In this document: positions 8,556-18,903 of the stretch, in pieces | Numbering within the stretch: the stretch's first letter is position 1 | Layout: every line of letters begins with the position of its first letter | Assembly: GCA_016204605.1 (NCBI GenBank) | Contig: JACQKK010000005.1 | Coordinates: forward strand, 3,802 to 67,801 | Direction: 5' to 3' | Source: Candidatus Lambdaproteobacteria bacterium | GTDB lineage: Bacteria > SAR324 > JACQKK01 | DNA length: 64,000 bases | Notes under the pieces: model-generated | The model's input: only the letters and a program-made list of their open reading frames with translations | Databases searched by the model: none | What the model was told of the DNA's origin: nothing | Position numbers and translations under genes: made by a program

Positions 8556-9787
8556 TGGCCGGGCAGCCCGAGGATGCGCTGCGCGATCACGTTACGCTGT
8601 ATCTGCTGGGTGCCGCCGGAGATCGAATAGGCGCGCACGCGGGCGGAGCGTCGCGCCAGCTGCTGGCTCTCCGGCCCGAAGGGCTGCGCGTCCCAGGCCA
8701 TCCCGCGCGGGCCGGTCAGCTCGTGGTGGGTCTCGACGATGCGCTGCATCAGGGCGCCGCCATAGAGCTTGAAGATCGAGCTTTCCGGCCCGGGCTCGCC
8801 CCGGCGCACGAAGCGGGTCTGGGCGCGGTAGCGGGCGTAGCGCAGACAGTCGGTATCCATCTCCAGCCTGGCCACCGATCGTTGCAGGCCCGGATCGTCC
8901 CAGCGGCTGCCGCCCGTGCCGTCGGGCCCACCTTCGCCCGGCATGGCGCGCGCGTCGCGCTTGAGCGCCGCCAGCGCATGGTCGTGGTATACGGGCATCG
9001 CCGAGGGGTGGGAGAAGCGTTCGTAGCCGAGCAGGAAGTTGGCGGCCTTCCAGCCCTGGTTGAGCCCGCCCACGAGCTGCGCCTCCGGGACGAACACGTT
9101 CTCGAAGAGCGTCTGGTTGAGATGGTGATAGCCATCGATGGCGACGATGGGCCGCACCGTGATGCCGGCGCTGCGCGCGTCCGCCAGGAACAGGCTGATG
9201 CCCGCATGCCGAGGCCGGGCCGCAGGGTCGGTGCGGGCGAGCACGTAGAGCCAGTCGGCCCGGTGGGCGTTCGAGGTCCACGCCTTCTGGCCGTTCAGCC
9301 GGTATCCGCCCGGCTTGGGCTCGGCGCGCAGGGCCAGGCTGGCCAGGTCGGAGCCCGCCCCCGGCTCGGAGTAGCCCTGCGCCCAGACGATCCGGCGGCG
9401 CCGGGTGGGTTCGAGGAAGCGCGCCTGCTGCTCGGGCGTGCCCAGCGCGATCAGGGTGGGCCCCACCTTCTCGAGCCCGTCGGTGCGGAAGGGGGGCAGC
9501 CCGGCACGGAGCCACTCCTCGTCGAACACGAACTGCTCCTCCGCGCTGAAGGCCGCCCCGCCGTGCTCCCGCGGCCAGGCGGGGGCGAGCCACCCCTGGC
9601 CGTCGAGGGCGTCGAGCAGCGGCTCGTATTCGGGCCGCCCGGCCAGCTCGTCGGCGAGAGTCGAGGTAGTGAGCGGCATTGCCAGCCACTCCTGCTGGCC
9701 CAACAGCTCCGTGGGCACCGCGGCGGCGATCCAGGCGCGTATCTCCTGGCGCAGGCGAGCCTGCTGGGGCGTGTCCTTCAGGTTCAT
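8552..9787 (-). CDS. Acyl-CoA dehydrogenase family protein
   Basis: 411 aa with ACAD-like N-terminal, middle and C-terminal regions (WAQGYSEPGAGSDLASL...GQKAWTSNAHRADWLYVLART...ISGGTQQIQRNVIAQRILGL). Confidence 0.85.
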   Translation of the reverse strand: MNLKDTPQQARLRQEIRAWIAAAVPTELLGQQEWLAMPLTTSTLADELAGRPEYEPLLDALDGQGWLAPAWPREHGGAAFSAEEQFVFDEEWLRAGLPPFRTDGLEKVGPTLIALGTPEQQARFLEPTRRRRIVWAQGYSEPGAGSDLASLALRAEPKPGGYRLNGQKAWTSNAHRADWLYVLARTDPAARPRHAGISLFLADARSAGITVRPIVAIDGYHHLNQTLFENVFVPEAQLVGGLNQGWKAANFLLGYERFSHPSAMPVYHDHALAALKRDARAMPGEGGPDGTGGSRWDDPGLQRSVARLEMDTDCLRYARYRAQTRFVRRGEPGPESSIFKLYGGALMQRIVETHHELTGPRGMAWDAQPFGPESQQLARRSARVRAYSISGGTQQIQRNVIAQRILGLPGQ

Positions 9788-9968
9788 GGCTCGGACGGCG
9801 GAAGGTCCGGGGCGGCGCTGGGCGGATCAGTGTCCCTGTCGCGCGGGATCGGTGTGCTCCAGCGGCTCCTTATACCAGATTCACTGCGAACGCGCCCTGA
9901 GGCCGTGAAGCAGGAGGCGCCGCCCGTGCCCGCCCGATCGCGCGGGCCGACCGCGGGAGGCACCGCCA

Positions 9969-11486
9969 TCATTCCCCGGTCTCGGGATTGACCGTCAGGC
10001 GCAAGTTGGCGCGGATGCGGCGGGACAGGATATCGATGCCGACGTTCATCACGGCCGTGACCAGCAGCAGGAACATCATGCGGTCGAGCCGGAGCTGGGA
10101 GAGGGCGTTGTCGATGAAGAAGCCGAGGGTGTGGATGCCCAGCATGCCGAGGATCGCCGTCTCCCGCAGGATCACCTCCCAGCGGTAGAACAGGAAGGCC
10201 AGGAACTGGCCGTACACGCGGGGCAGCACCTCGAAGCCGTAGAGGTTCAGCCCGCGCGGGCTATCGGGCCTGCGCGGGATGGCGTCGGCGTGGCGGCCCG
10301 TCAGGTGGCCGATGATGGCGCCGTTGTGGAGCGCCAGCGCCACGATCGCCGGCAGCATCGAAGGTCCCCAGGCCTGCAGGAAGGTGAAGGTGAGGATGTA
10401 CTCGGGCGTGGAACGGGCGATCACGAGGAACACGTGGCCGGCCGTACGCCCCACCGGACCGAAGAAGTGTCGCGAAATCAACGGAAAGAAGACCAGCGTG
10501 AGCAGCCCCGTGCCGACCAGCGCCACCTGGGAGAGCAGCAGCGTGGCGACCATGCCGGGCAGCGCCTGATCCCTGAGCAGCATCCCCATCCAGCGGCCGA
10601 GCGCGCCGAGCGTCCCGGCGTCCAGCAGTGCGCCCGCGCGGAGGGGCGCGGGGACGATATCGGCGGTGAGGAACCGCAGCGCATTCTCCCAGGCGATCGG
10701 CATGCCGGGCGGCAGGGCGAGGATCGCCAGCACGAACAGGAGCGGCACCAGCCGCGGGCGTACCCACAGGCGGAGGGTCGAGATCAAGAGGAAGAACAGG
10801 TACAGCAGCGCCGACACCTCGGAGTACTGCCCCTGCTGGAACGCCGTCTGCAGGTGGAAGCCCAGGGTCGGCAGGCCGACGAACCCCAGTACGGCGCTCG
10901 ACCGCATCCCGCACTCCAGGCGGTAGAGGGCGTACGTCTTCATATGCTGCCAGACGGGCGGCAGCCTGGCGTAGAAGAAGCCCGACAGGATGCCGCTCCC
11001 CGCCGGCAGCGCCTTGAGCGGCGTGGCATCGGCCTCCTCCAGGATTTCCGCGAACACCTTGGCGCAGATCGCCGAGTAGGGGATGGCGATGGCCAGCACG
11101 CCGGTCAGCGGGCTCAGCCCGAACATCTGCAGGAAGATCAGCGCCCAGAACAGCTCATGGATGGCCCGCAGGAACGCGCACCCCCAGCGCACCGCGCCCA
11201 CGTGGAACACGAGCGCCAGGCAGAACCCCGCCAGCACGGCGATGCCCACCCCCGTGGCGGCGAAGGCGACGGTGTGCAGCAGCGCCGAGGCCAGCTGCTC
11301 GGTGGCGAAGAAATCCGGGGTGAGCGCGCCCCGCATCATCCGCCCGAGCTCGAACCAGGGGTCCCGGGTCGTGATCTCGATGTCGGAGAGAAGCAGGCAG
11401 GCCGCTGCCAGCCCGAGGAACCACAGGCTGGTCCTGAACGCCGCGGAGCGCGGCATCGTCTGCGGGGGCGTCGCGGGCGCGGGCAC
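9969..11486 (-). CDS. phnE: Phosphonate/phosphite ABC transporter permease (duplicated PhnE-type)
   Basis: 505-aa polytopic protein with two permease halves. It is the last gene of a phnD-phnC-phnE arrangement. Confidence 0.8.
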   Translation of the reverse strand: MPAPATPPQTMPRSAAFRTSLWFLGLAAACLLLSDIEITTRDPWFELGRMMRGALTPDFFATEQLASALLHTVAFAATGVGIAVLAGFCLALVFHVGAVRWGCAFLRAIHELFWALIFLQMFGLSPLTGVLAIAIPYSAICAKVFAEILEEADATPLKALPAGSGILSGFFYARLPPVWQHMKTYALYRLECGMRSSAVLGFVGLPTLGFHLQTAFQQGQYSEVSALLYLFFLLISTLRLWVRPRLVPLLFVLAILALPPGMPIAWENALRFLTADIVPAPLRAGALLDAGTLGALGRWMGMLLRDQALPGMVATLLLSQVALVGTGLLTLVFFPLISRHFFGPVGRTAGHVFLVIARSTPEYILTFTFLQAWGPSMLPAIVALALHNGAIIGHLTGRHADAIPRRPDSPRGLNLYGFEVLPRVYGQFLAFLFYRWEVILRETAILGMLGIHTLGFFIDNALSQLRLDRMMFLLLVTAVMNVGIDILSRRIRANLRLTVNPETGE

Positions 11487-11488
11487 GG

Positions 11489-12145
11489 TCAGGACCGGTA
11501 CAGGGAATCGAGATCGCCGGGCTGGAGGCCGGCCGTCGGGCGATCGAGCACGATCCTGCCGCCCTGCAGGCCGATCACGCGGTCGGTGAACGCGAGGGCC
11601 AGCGCCACGTCGTGCATCGCCAGCACCACGGTACGGAAATCCTGGTTGATCGCCGCCAGTACCTCGCGCGACTGCAGCTCGTCCACCGACGAGACCGGCT
11701 CGTCGCCCAGCAGCACCTCGCCCCCCTGGTGCAGCGCCCGCGCCACGGCCGTACGCTGCTGCTGCCCGCCGGAAAGCTCGCCCACGGGCGTGAACAGCTT
11801 CTCCTCCAGCGCCACCCGTCGCAGCACCGCGCGCACCGGCTCCACCTCGCGCGGCAGCGGCCAGGCCAGGTTGAGCAGGTTGTAGGCGGCGGCGTGGCGG
11901 TTCAGCCGCCCGATGTAGACGTTGTGGAACACCGAGAGCGGCTTGACCAGCGCGTAGTCCTGCGGCACCAGCGCGCAGCGGGCGGTCTGCTGCCGATAGA
12001 GCAGGTTGAGCAGGGTGGACTTGCCCGCCCCGCTCTTGCCCACGAGCGCCACGCGCTCGCCCGCCTCGATGGCGAGCGACACCTCTGCGAGCGCGCGGCG
12101 GCCGTTGTAGCTGACGTTGGCCGCCTGCAACTGGAAGACGCGCAT
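11489..12145 (-). CDS. phnC: Phosphonate ABC transporter ATP-binding protein
   Basis: MRVFQLQAANVSYNGRRAL... with Walker A GKSGAGKST, signature [15 protein letters not shown] and Walker B LLGDEPVSSVD. The start codon abuts the phnD stop. Confidence 0.85.
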   Translation of the reverse strand: MRVFQLQAANVSYNGRRALAEVSLAIEAGERVALVGKSGAGKSTLLNLLYRQQTARCALVPQDYALVKPLSVFHNVYIGRLNRHAAAYNLLNLAWPLPREVEPVRAVLRRVALEEKLFTPVGELSGGQQQRTAVARALHQGGEVLLGDEPVSSVDELQSREVLAAINQDFRTVVLAMHDVALALAFTDRVIGLQGGRIVLDRPTAGLQPGDLDSLYRS

Positions 12146-13002
12146 CAGTCGATCACGCCGATGGCCTGCCCGGTCTTGAGGATCGGGTCGTAGTCGCTGT
12201 TCTTCGCCGGGACGAACTTCGAGCGGGCGAAGACCTTCATCAGGAGGGGGTCGTCGATCGAGAGCAGCGCCTGCCTGACCCGTTCCTTGAACCCGCCGCC
12301 CCAGGTGCTGTCGACGTCGCCGCGGATCACCCAGTGGTAGTCCGGGTAAGCGGGCGTCTGCCAGATCACCTTCACCCGGCGGGTATCGATCCGCCCTTTG
12401 GCCAGCTCGGTGTTCCAGACCTCGTAGTTCAAGGCGCCCACCTCGTAGGCGCCCGACTGCACCAGGGCGATGGTCTTCGAGTGGTCCCCGCTGAAGCCCA
12501 CGCGCCTGAACACGTCGTCGGGGGCCTTGCCGAAGGCCTCGCGGATGAAGAACTCGGGCATCAGCCGGCCGGAGGTGGAGCCCTTGGAACCGAACGTGAA
12601 CGTGCGGCCGGCGATGGCCGTGGGGAACGCCTGGCTCCGCTCCAGCCCCGTGCCGGTATTGGCGATGAAGTACGAGACGAACGCCTGATCCTCGAATCCC
12701 TGCACGATCGCCTCGGAACCGGGCACCCGCAGGCGCGCCTGCACGCCCGTCAGCCCGCCGTACCAGGCCATCTGGATCTGGTTGTTGCGGAAGCCCGTCA
12801 CCGAGGCCTCGTAGGACTTGACGGGCAGGTACTTGAACTCCACCCCCAACTGCCGCGTGAGGTACCCCGCGATCTTGCCGAAGCGCTCCATCAGCCGCGA
12901 TTCGTCCTGATCGGGAATGGCGGAAATGTAGAACGTTTGCGCCGCCGCAGGCCACGCCAGCAGTGCGAGCAGCGGCGAGAGCACCCCGATTCGCTTGAGC
13001 AT
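12145..13002 (-). CDS. phnD: Phosphate/phosphite/phosphonate ABC transporter substrate-binding protein
   Basis: Signal peptide MLKRIGVLSPLLALLAWPAAAQ, then YISAIPDQDESRLMERF...MAWYGGLTGV...FGSKGSTSGRLMP, as in PhnD-type binding proteins. Confidence 0.85.
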   Translation of the reverse strand: MLKRIGVLSPLLALLAWPAAAQTFYISAIPDQDESRLMERFGKIAGYLTRQLGVEFKYLPVKSYEASVTGFRNNQIQMAWYGGLTGVQARLRVPGSEAIVQGFEDQAFVSYFIANTGTGLERSQAFPTAIAGRTFTFGSKGSTSGRLMPEFFIREAFGKAPDDVFRRVGFSGDHSKTIALVQSGAYEVGALNYEVWNTELAKGRIDTRRVKVIWQTPAYPDYHWVIRGDVDSTWGGGFKERVRQALLSIDDPLLMKVFARSKFVPAKNSDYDPILKTGQAIGVID

Positions 13003-13326
13003 GGGTCGGACTCCGCAAGCGCAGGCCGCCGAAGCGGCATGCGTTGCAACTCGGAAAGGCTGGGTGAACGAAAGGCGACCTGCTCCCTGAGGCTCCGGTG
13101 CGATCCGGCCCAGGCCCCGGGCGGGGCGGGCCAAAATGCGGTCGCTCGATCGACCGGAACGACGCGCGCCGGGCAACGCCCGTGGACGCATCGCTGGGGG
13201 CCTGCGGTCGTCCGCGCCAGGACGGCGCAAACGATTTCTGACCTCACCGGAACATAATCGACAATCGCTCGCAGGTAAAGGGGGAGCCTGTGTGCACTGT
13301 CGGCACCGGTCGCCGGCCATCCGCCG

Positions 13327-15033
13327 CTATTCCGCCGTGTGCACGATCAGCTCGCGGCGGTAGCGGTCGAACAGGGTGGACTTGGACATCATGCCCACGT
13401 AGCGCCCGTCGGGCTCGACCACGGGCAGCGACCAAGCGCCGCTCTCCTCGAACACCTGGATGGCCGAGAGCGCCGAATCCTGGGCGCCGATGGTGGGGAG
13501 CGTCTCGTCCATCACCGATCCCATCGTCATCAGCGGGTAGAGAGTGCGATCGAACAGGTAGGGGCGGATGTCGTCGAGGTTGACGATCCCGAGCCAGCGT
13601 CGGGTCTCGCGATCCACCACGGGGAAGATGTTGCGCCGGGCATGGGCGAACCGCTCGACGAATTCCCCCAGCAGCGTGTCCTCGTGCAGCACCACGTCCT
13701 CGGCATCCACCACCTCACGGCACTCCATGGTCTGCAGCAGGTGCTGGTCGGAGCCGCGCCGGGCGAGCAGGTTCTTCTCCAGCAGCTCGCGGGTGTAGAT
13801 GCTGCCCTGCTCGAAGTAGGTGGTCAGCAGCAGCGCGAGCACGGAGACGATCATCAGGGGCAGGATCAGCCGGTAGCCGCCGGTGACCTCCAGCACGAGG
13901 AACATCCCGGTGAGCGGCGCGTGCATCAGGCCGGCCACCATGCCGGCCATGCCGACCAGGCTGTAGGCCGATGGGCTCGCCGTGGCGGCGAAGGGCAGCG
14001 CGAGGCGCACCAGCTGGCCGAAGCCGTAGCCGGTGCCGCTCCCCAGCACCAGCGCCGGCGCGAACACGCCGCCCGAGCCGCCGCTTCCGAGGGTCATGCA
14101 GCACGCCGCCGCCTTGACGAGCACGAACGCGAGCACGAACCCGAGGCCCCAGCCCGGGGCGCCGCCGAGGAACTGGCGCACCACGTCGTAGCCGTCGTGC
14201 AGCACCTGGGGCATGGCCAGCCCGGCCAGCCCCACCAGCAGGCCCCCCGCGCCCGCGTTCACCCAGCGCGGCCAGCGGGTGCGGGCGAAGGCGTGCTCGG
14301 TGGCCCGCATCAGCCGCTGGACGCCCACCGAGCCGAGCCCGGTCAGGCCGGCCAGCAGCACGCAGGCGAGCAGATCGACGGTGCCGAAGGCGAACACCTC
14401 GTGGGGAAAGGCGATCTGGTTGCCCAGCACGAGGCGGCTGAACTGCGTGGCGGAGACGGCGGCGACCACGGTGGGGATGATCGCCAGCGCGCTCCACTCG
14501 CCCAGGATCACCTCGACGGCGAAGACCGTGCCGGTGAGCGGCGCGTTGAAGATCGCCGCCACCGCCCCCGCGGTGCCGCAGGCCAGCAGCAGCGTGCGCC
14601 GGCGCTCGGTGAACCCGAGCAGCCGGCCGAGCGTGCTGCCGATGGCGCCGCCGCTGGTGGCGATCGGCCCCTCCAGCCCCGCGGAGCCGCCGCTGCCCAC
14701 GGTCAGGAAGCTGGAGACGAGCCGGGAATAGATCAGGTCCGCCCGCACGGCGCCGCCGCCCACGGTGACGGAGCGGATCAGCTCGGGCACGCCATGGCCC
14801 GCCGTGTCGCGCAGCAGGTAGTGGATGAACGCCGCGGTCAGCGCCCCGCCCAGGGCGGGCAGCAGCGCCATCACCCAGGTGCCCCGCCAGGGCTCCAGCA
14901 CCACGATGGCGTTGTGCACCGCCAGGTTCAGCACGATCGCGGAGAGCCCGGAGGCCAGCCCGACCAGCACCGCCCACAGCATCACCACCCCCGTCTCGTG
15001 GGCGGTGATGCGGTGCATGCGCAGCCCGCCCAT
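13327..15033 (-). CDS. ClC-type voltage-gated chloride channel with C-terminal CBS pair
   Basis: ClC signatures GSGGSAGLEGP, GVFAPAL and GMVAGLMHAPLTG, followed by two CBS-like repeats. The start is ambiguous (15096, 15033 or 15018). 15033 was chosen to avoid overlap with the upstream gene. Confidence 0.85.
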   Translation of the reverse strand: MGGLRMHRITAHETGVVMLWAVLVGLASGLSAIVLNLAVHNAIVVLEPWRGTWVMALLPALGGALTAAFIHYLLRDTAGHGVPELIRSVTVGGGAVRADLIYSRLVSSFLTVGSGGSAGLEGPIATSGGAIGSTLGRLLGFTERRRTLLLACGTAGAVAAIFNAPLTGTVFAVEVILGEWSALAIIPTVVAAVSATQFSRLVLGNQIAFPHEVFAFGTVDLLACVLLAGLTGLGSVGVQRLMRATEHAFARTRWPRWVNAGAGGLLVGLAGLAMPQVLHDGYDVVRQFLGGAPGWGLGFVLAFVLVKAAACCMTLGSGGSGGVFAPALVLGSGTGYGFGQLVRLALPFAATASPSAYSLVGMAGMVAGLMHAPLTGMFLVLEVTGGYRLILPLMIVSVLALLLTTYFEQGSIYTRELLEKNLLARRGSDQHLLQTMECREVVDAEDVVLHEDTLLGEFVERFAHARRNIFPVVDRETRRWLGIVNLDDIRPYLFDRTLYPLMTMGSVMDETLPTIGAQDSALSAIQVFEESGAWSLPVVEPDGRYVGMMSKSTLFDRYRRELIVHTAE

Positions 15034-15046
15034 CCCCCGGCCCAAC

Positions 15047-15748
15047 TCAGCCCGCGGCGGGGGTGGAGGCGGGGGGAATGCGACTTCCGAGGGCATTCTG
15101 AATCCTCTCCATCAGGTCGCTGCGGCTGGGCTGACTCCGCAGGAAGGCGCGCAGTTCGGCGTCGTTCAGCAGGTGCGAGACGTGGGAGAGCATGCTCAGG
15201 TGGCCTTTGACCGTGGCGCAGAGCAACACGAACAGCACGTACACCGGGTTGCCGTCGAGCGCCTTGAAATCCACCGGCCGCTCGAGAAAGAAGATGCCCA
15301 CCACGGGCTCCCCCAGCCCCCAATCCTGGGGATGGCGCGGGTGCGGCACGGCCACGCCATGGCCGATCCCGGTCGAGTGCAACTGCTCGCGCTCGATCAG
15401 CGTGGCGACGAGCCGGTCGCGATGCTCCTGGGTGAGGTGGGGCGCGAACGGGAACAGGTCCACGAGGTTGCGGTAGATGGCTTCCGGCGTGTCACCCTCG
15501 ATCTTGTAATGGATGCCGCCCCGGCGCATGGCCGCGATGGGGTCCAACGTCTCGACGCCGCCCGCTTCGAGCAACCCCTGGCCGGTGCCGTAGCCGATGC
15601 GCTTCTGGCGTGCCCAGCTCTCCAGTTCCCTGCGGTCGAACCGGTACTGCCCCTGGAAGCGATAAGTGGGGATCACGCCTTGGCGTATCCAGCGGTAGAC
15701 GGTCTTTTCGGAGACTTTGAGCAGCGCGGCCGCGTCCTTGACCGACAT
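15047..15748 (-). CDS. Fusion protein: excisionase/MerR-type HTH + PTS EIIA (PtsN/fructose type) domain
   Basis: N-terminus MSVKDAAALLKVSEKTVYRWIRQGVIPTYRFQGQYRFDRRELESW (HTH_17-like). C-terminus LIEREQLHSTGIGHGVAVPHPRH...VYVLFVLLCA...HLSMLSHVSHLL (EIIA-2 with the conserved His). Confidence 0.8.
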   Translation of the reverse strand: MSVKDAAALLKVSEKTVYRWIRQGVIPTYRFQGQYRFDRRELESWARQKRIGYGTGQGLLEAGGVETLDPIAAMRRGGIHYKIEGDTPEAIYRNLVDLFPFAPHLTQEHRDRLVATLIEREQLHSTGIGHGVAVPHPRHPQDWGLGEPVVGIFFLERPVDFKALDGNPVYVLFVLLCATVKGHLSMLSHVSHLLNDAELRAFLRSQPSRSDLMERIQNALGSRIPPASTPAAG

Positions 15749-15995
15749 GTCGTCCACGTGTCCGCTCCTTTCGGGACAACTACGCCCATCACTGCCCACG
15801 ATGGAACAATCCATTTGACTTTAAAGAAGGCCCGCGGGCTTGGCAATCGGATTGTGCGCGGAGCGTTCAGCCCCCGATGGCGCTGGCCGGGCCGTGCAGT
15901 GTGGCACACAGCCCCCTGCCGTGCCCGGCGGCGTGGCGCCCCGGCGCGACCGAGGCCACCCCGGACGGGCGGCGCGACCCGCGCAGCGACGGTAC

Positions 15996-17927
15996 TTACC
16001 GGAAGCGGCCCATCTCCTTGATGATTTCTCCGAGGATTGCGGCGTCCGGCTTGGCGCCGGGAATCTCGCGATAATCCTGGTCCACGACGTCGGCGTGGCC
16101 GAGCTCGTTGAACACGGTGATCCTGTCGGGCTGGCGGATCGCCAAGTTGTCCCAGTTGCCGATCACCAGGTACGGCCGCTGGCTCGCATCGAGCAGGTGG
16201 CGACCGCTGCTGTACCGGTCGATGGGCGTGGTGCAGTCGAGCAGGTCGCGCAGCAGCGTGGGCGCCACGTCGAGATGGCTCGTCAGGTGGGAATAGGTGC
16301 GCGGGGGCTTGCCGGGCCAATGCACGATCAGGGGCGACTGGGTCTGCCAGCGCGAGAAGTTGCCATTATGGCCCCAGTAGTTCAGCCGGTTCTCGTTGAA
16401 CTCCTCGCCATGGTCGCCCGTCACCACGATCACGGTGCGCTCCAGTAACCCTCGCGCGTCCAGTTCGTCGAGCACGCGGCCCACCTGCGAATCGACGAAG
16501 TGCACCGCGTTCTTGTAGCGGTTGAGGAAGGGCGTGGCGTCGTATTGGTTGTCCAACGCCATGTGATTGATACCATTGAGGATCGGTGAGAAATAGCGGG
16601 GGTAGTCCGGCGGAAACGTGAAGGCGTGCGAGCTGTCGTAGAACAGCCAGCCGAAGAACGGGCCGGTACCCGGCTGCCCGAGGAACGCCAGGAAATCGTC
16701 GGTGATCTGCCGGTCCCGACCCCAGGCCTTCTCGCCGGGGGTTTCGAGGGGAATGCGCGCCCGCACGGCGGCGAACACGGTGCGGTCGAGCTCGGGGCTG
16801 GTGAGCCTGGCGCTGCCGTGGATGCTGAACCGGTACTGCTGCCGCAGCAGCTCATCCACCAGCACCGGGCCGCGCCGCTCGCCCAGGAACCCGTTCCAGT
16901 AGGAGGAATAGAGGCCGTACATCAGGCCGAATACGCCGAAGCGCGTGGCGTTGCCCGAGCTGAAGTGGCGCTCGAAAACGAGGCTGTCCTGCGAGAGTCG
17001 CCACAGGTGCGGGGCCACCTCGCGGGTGGCCATATCGAAGCGCCAGCCGTCGATCAGGATCATCAGCAGGTTGAGCGGCTCTCGCGGCGGCCGGCAGGCC
17101 AGCGGCTCCAGGGGATAGCGCAGCCGGCGTTCGCCCGTGGGCGCCTCGATGGCGAGGCGCGCGCGCTTAGCCACCCACCCCCAGCGGTCCAGCGCATTGT
17201 CCATGCGCACCATCTGCGGCCAGGGCAGGAAGCGCACGATGCGGGTCACGGCCGTGTCCTGGCGGGCATCGGCGAGGGCGTACGCGAATTGCCCGCCCAG
17301 CACGATCAGCGCCATCAGCCCCAGGGCGGGCAGGCCCAGCCGACCCCGACCCCGCGCCACCCCCGCCCACACCAGCCGCGCCATGAGCAGCTCGGCCAGG
17401 AGCAAGGCCAGCGCCACCAGCCCCGCGATCGCGAAGACCTGGCCCTCGACCGGCAGGATCTGCGCCACCGCGCCGCCGCTGAGCAGGTTCAACACCATGC
17501 CGTTGAGGTGGAAGCGGTACAGCAGATAGACCCGGGCGTCGATCACGATCACCAGCGCAAGCAGCGCGTAGAGGGTAACCGCGCTGGCCATCACCACCCG
17601 CCGGCGCGGATACAGCGTCGCCAGCGCCGCGAGCGGCAGGTAGGGCAGCAGGCCCAGCAGCGCCCAGTGGCCGGGCACCGCCAGCGCCAGGAACACCCGC
17701 CCCCGCACGGTCTGGGGCAGGTCGGCGTTGAGGAAGTACTGGATCGAGATCAGGCACAGCAGCCCGACGTTCGCGAGCAGGAACCACCCCAGCCAGCGCA
17801 GCAGCACCCGCCGGGGCGGGGAGGGTTCCGATCGGGAGGCTGTTCGCTGAGATCGACGCATCGCACGCCTGCGAGATCGGGGTGTGCCGTGCAAACCCGA
17901 CGCGTTGCCGCGCCGCAGTCGTTCCAT
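15996..17927 (-). CDS. YejM/PbgA-like inner-membrane sulfatase-family protein (DUF3413 + alkaline-phosphatase-superfamily domain)
   Basis: Five N-terminal TM segments, then LNLLMILIDGWRFD...HFSSGNATRFGVFGL...VVTGDHGEEF...HLDVAPTLL. The alternative start at 17861 (MRRSQRT) is equally plausible. Confidence 0.8.
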   Translation of the reverse strand: MERLRRGNASGLHGTPRSRRRAMRRSQRTASRSEPSPPRRVLLRWLGWFLLANVGLLCLISIQYFLNADLPQTVRGRVFLALAVPGHWALLGLLPYLPLAALATLYPRRRVVMASAVTLYALLALVIVIDARVYLLYRFHLNGMVLNLLSGGAVAQILPVEGQVFAIAGLVALALLLAELLMARLVWAGVARGRGRLGLPALGLMALIVLGGQFAYALADARQDTAVTRIVRFLPWPQMVRMDNALDRWGWVAKRARLAIEAPTGERRLRYPLEPLACRPPREPLNLLMILIDGWRFDMATREVAPHLWRLSQDSLVFERHFSSGNATRFGVFGLMYGLYSSYWNGFLGERRGPVLVDELLRQQYRFSIHGSARLTSPELDRTVFAAVRARIPLETPGEKAWGRDRQITDDFLAFLGQPGTGPFFGWLFYDSSHAFTFPPDYPRYFSPILNGINHMALDNQYDATPFLNRYKNAVHFVDSQVGRVLDELDARGLLERTVIVVTGDHGEEFNENRLNYWGHNGNFSRWQTQSPLIVHWPGKPPRTYSHLTSHLDVAPTLLRDLLDCTTPIDRYSSGRHLLDASQRPYLVIGNWDNLAIRQPDRITVFNELGHADVVDQDYREIPGAKPDAAILGEIIKEMGRFR

Positions 17928-18144
17928 GCTGACGAAAGGCTAACACCGTTCGGGCGCCCTGTGAAACCTTGGCGCGGCCGTTGGCTCGGTTGCTTACCTG
18001 GGGTCGGTGTCGCGAGACGAGCCTCAACCTTTTCGTGCCCGGATTGTCCAAAGCGCGCCCCGTGTGCCAAGATGGCCTGACACGGTCAGCTCCGGCGGAT
18101 CAGGGTGCAGGGCGCGATCCGCGGTGAACCCCGGGGGCCACGAA

Positions 18145-18837
18145 ATGGATGGCGCGAACCGCAGGGCATCCCCGAGGGTTGCCTTCCTGCACACGGGGGA
18201 GGCGCTCGTTCAGCAGCGGATCGCCATCGAGATCGTGGACATCTCGGACGGGGGCGTGGCCCTCAAGACCAGCCAGGCCCTGTCGCTCGGCAGCCTGGTC
18301 AACCTCGTGCTCTTCAAGGGCAACCTGGCGATCGAGGCGGAAATCGTCTCCTGCGCGCCCCTGCCGCGGCGCCGGAACCGGTTCCGGGCCGGGGCGCGCT
18401 TCACGACCCATTCCCGCGACCTCCTGGAGGAAGTGCTGGCGATCGGCCGCCGGATGGCGAACGACGCCTTCGCCCTGGTCCATCGGCGCCGGGGGAAGCA
18501 CTCGGCGCGGGCGGTCGAAGTGCGGCTGCCGCCCCAGGTGACGCCGGCGCACCTCCACGAGCTGGAGGCGGTGGTGGATCAGGAGCTCGACGAGGGCATC
18601 CGGCGCCTGGCGATCGATCTCGCGGCCGTCAGCGCCTGGGACGAGTCGCTGCCCCCAATGCTGGCGCGCGTCGCACAGCTCGTCCGGGAAGAGCAGGGGT
18701 GCCTCGTGCTCGCGGGGGGAGCGCCTGCGCTGCTGGCGGCCGTGCAGGCGTATCCCGATGCGGCGGGCATCGCCCGGCTTCCCTCCATGGCGCACGCCCT
18801 GCATGCCCTGGAGAGCGGAGCGGCGGGTGCCCGTTGA
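18145..18837 (+). CDS. PilZ domain + STAS-like domain protein
   Basis: PilZ motifs RRASPR (RxxxR) and DISDGG (DxSxxG) at the N-terminus. The C-terminal half (LHELEAVVDQELDEGIRRLAIDLAAVSAWDESL...GCLVLAGGAPALLAAV) resembles STAS/anti-sigma-antagonist folds. ATG at 18145. Confidence 0.65.
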   Translation: MDGANRRASPRVAFLHTGEALVQQRIAIEIVDISDGGVALKTSQALSLGSLVNLVLFKGNLAIEAEIVSCAPLPRRRNRFRAGARFTTHSRDLLEEVLAIGRRMANDAFALVHRRRGKHSARAVEVRLPPQVTPAHLHELEAVVDQELDEGIRRLAIDLAAVSAWDESLPPMLARVAQLVREEQGCLVLAGGAPALLAAVQAYPDAAGIARLPSMAHALHALESGAAGAR

Positions 18838-18903
18838 CGTGGTGCCCGTCGCGGCCGCCCCGCCGCGGCCGGCCTCAGATCCAGCCCAGGGAAGGGCGCA
18901 CCG

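Noticed and set aside
15034-15096. An N-terminal extension of the ClC gene containing seven consecutive prolines.
   Set aside because: It would overlap the upstream EIIA gene by 50 nt. The downstream ATGs at 15033 and 15018 give a normal ClC N-terminus.
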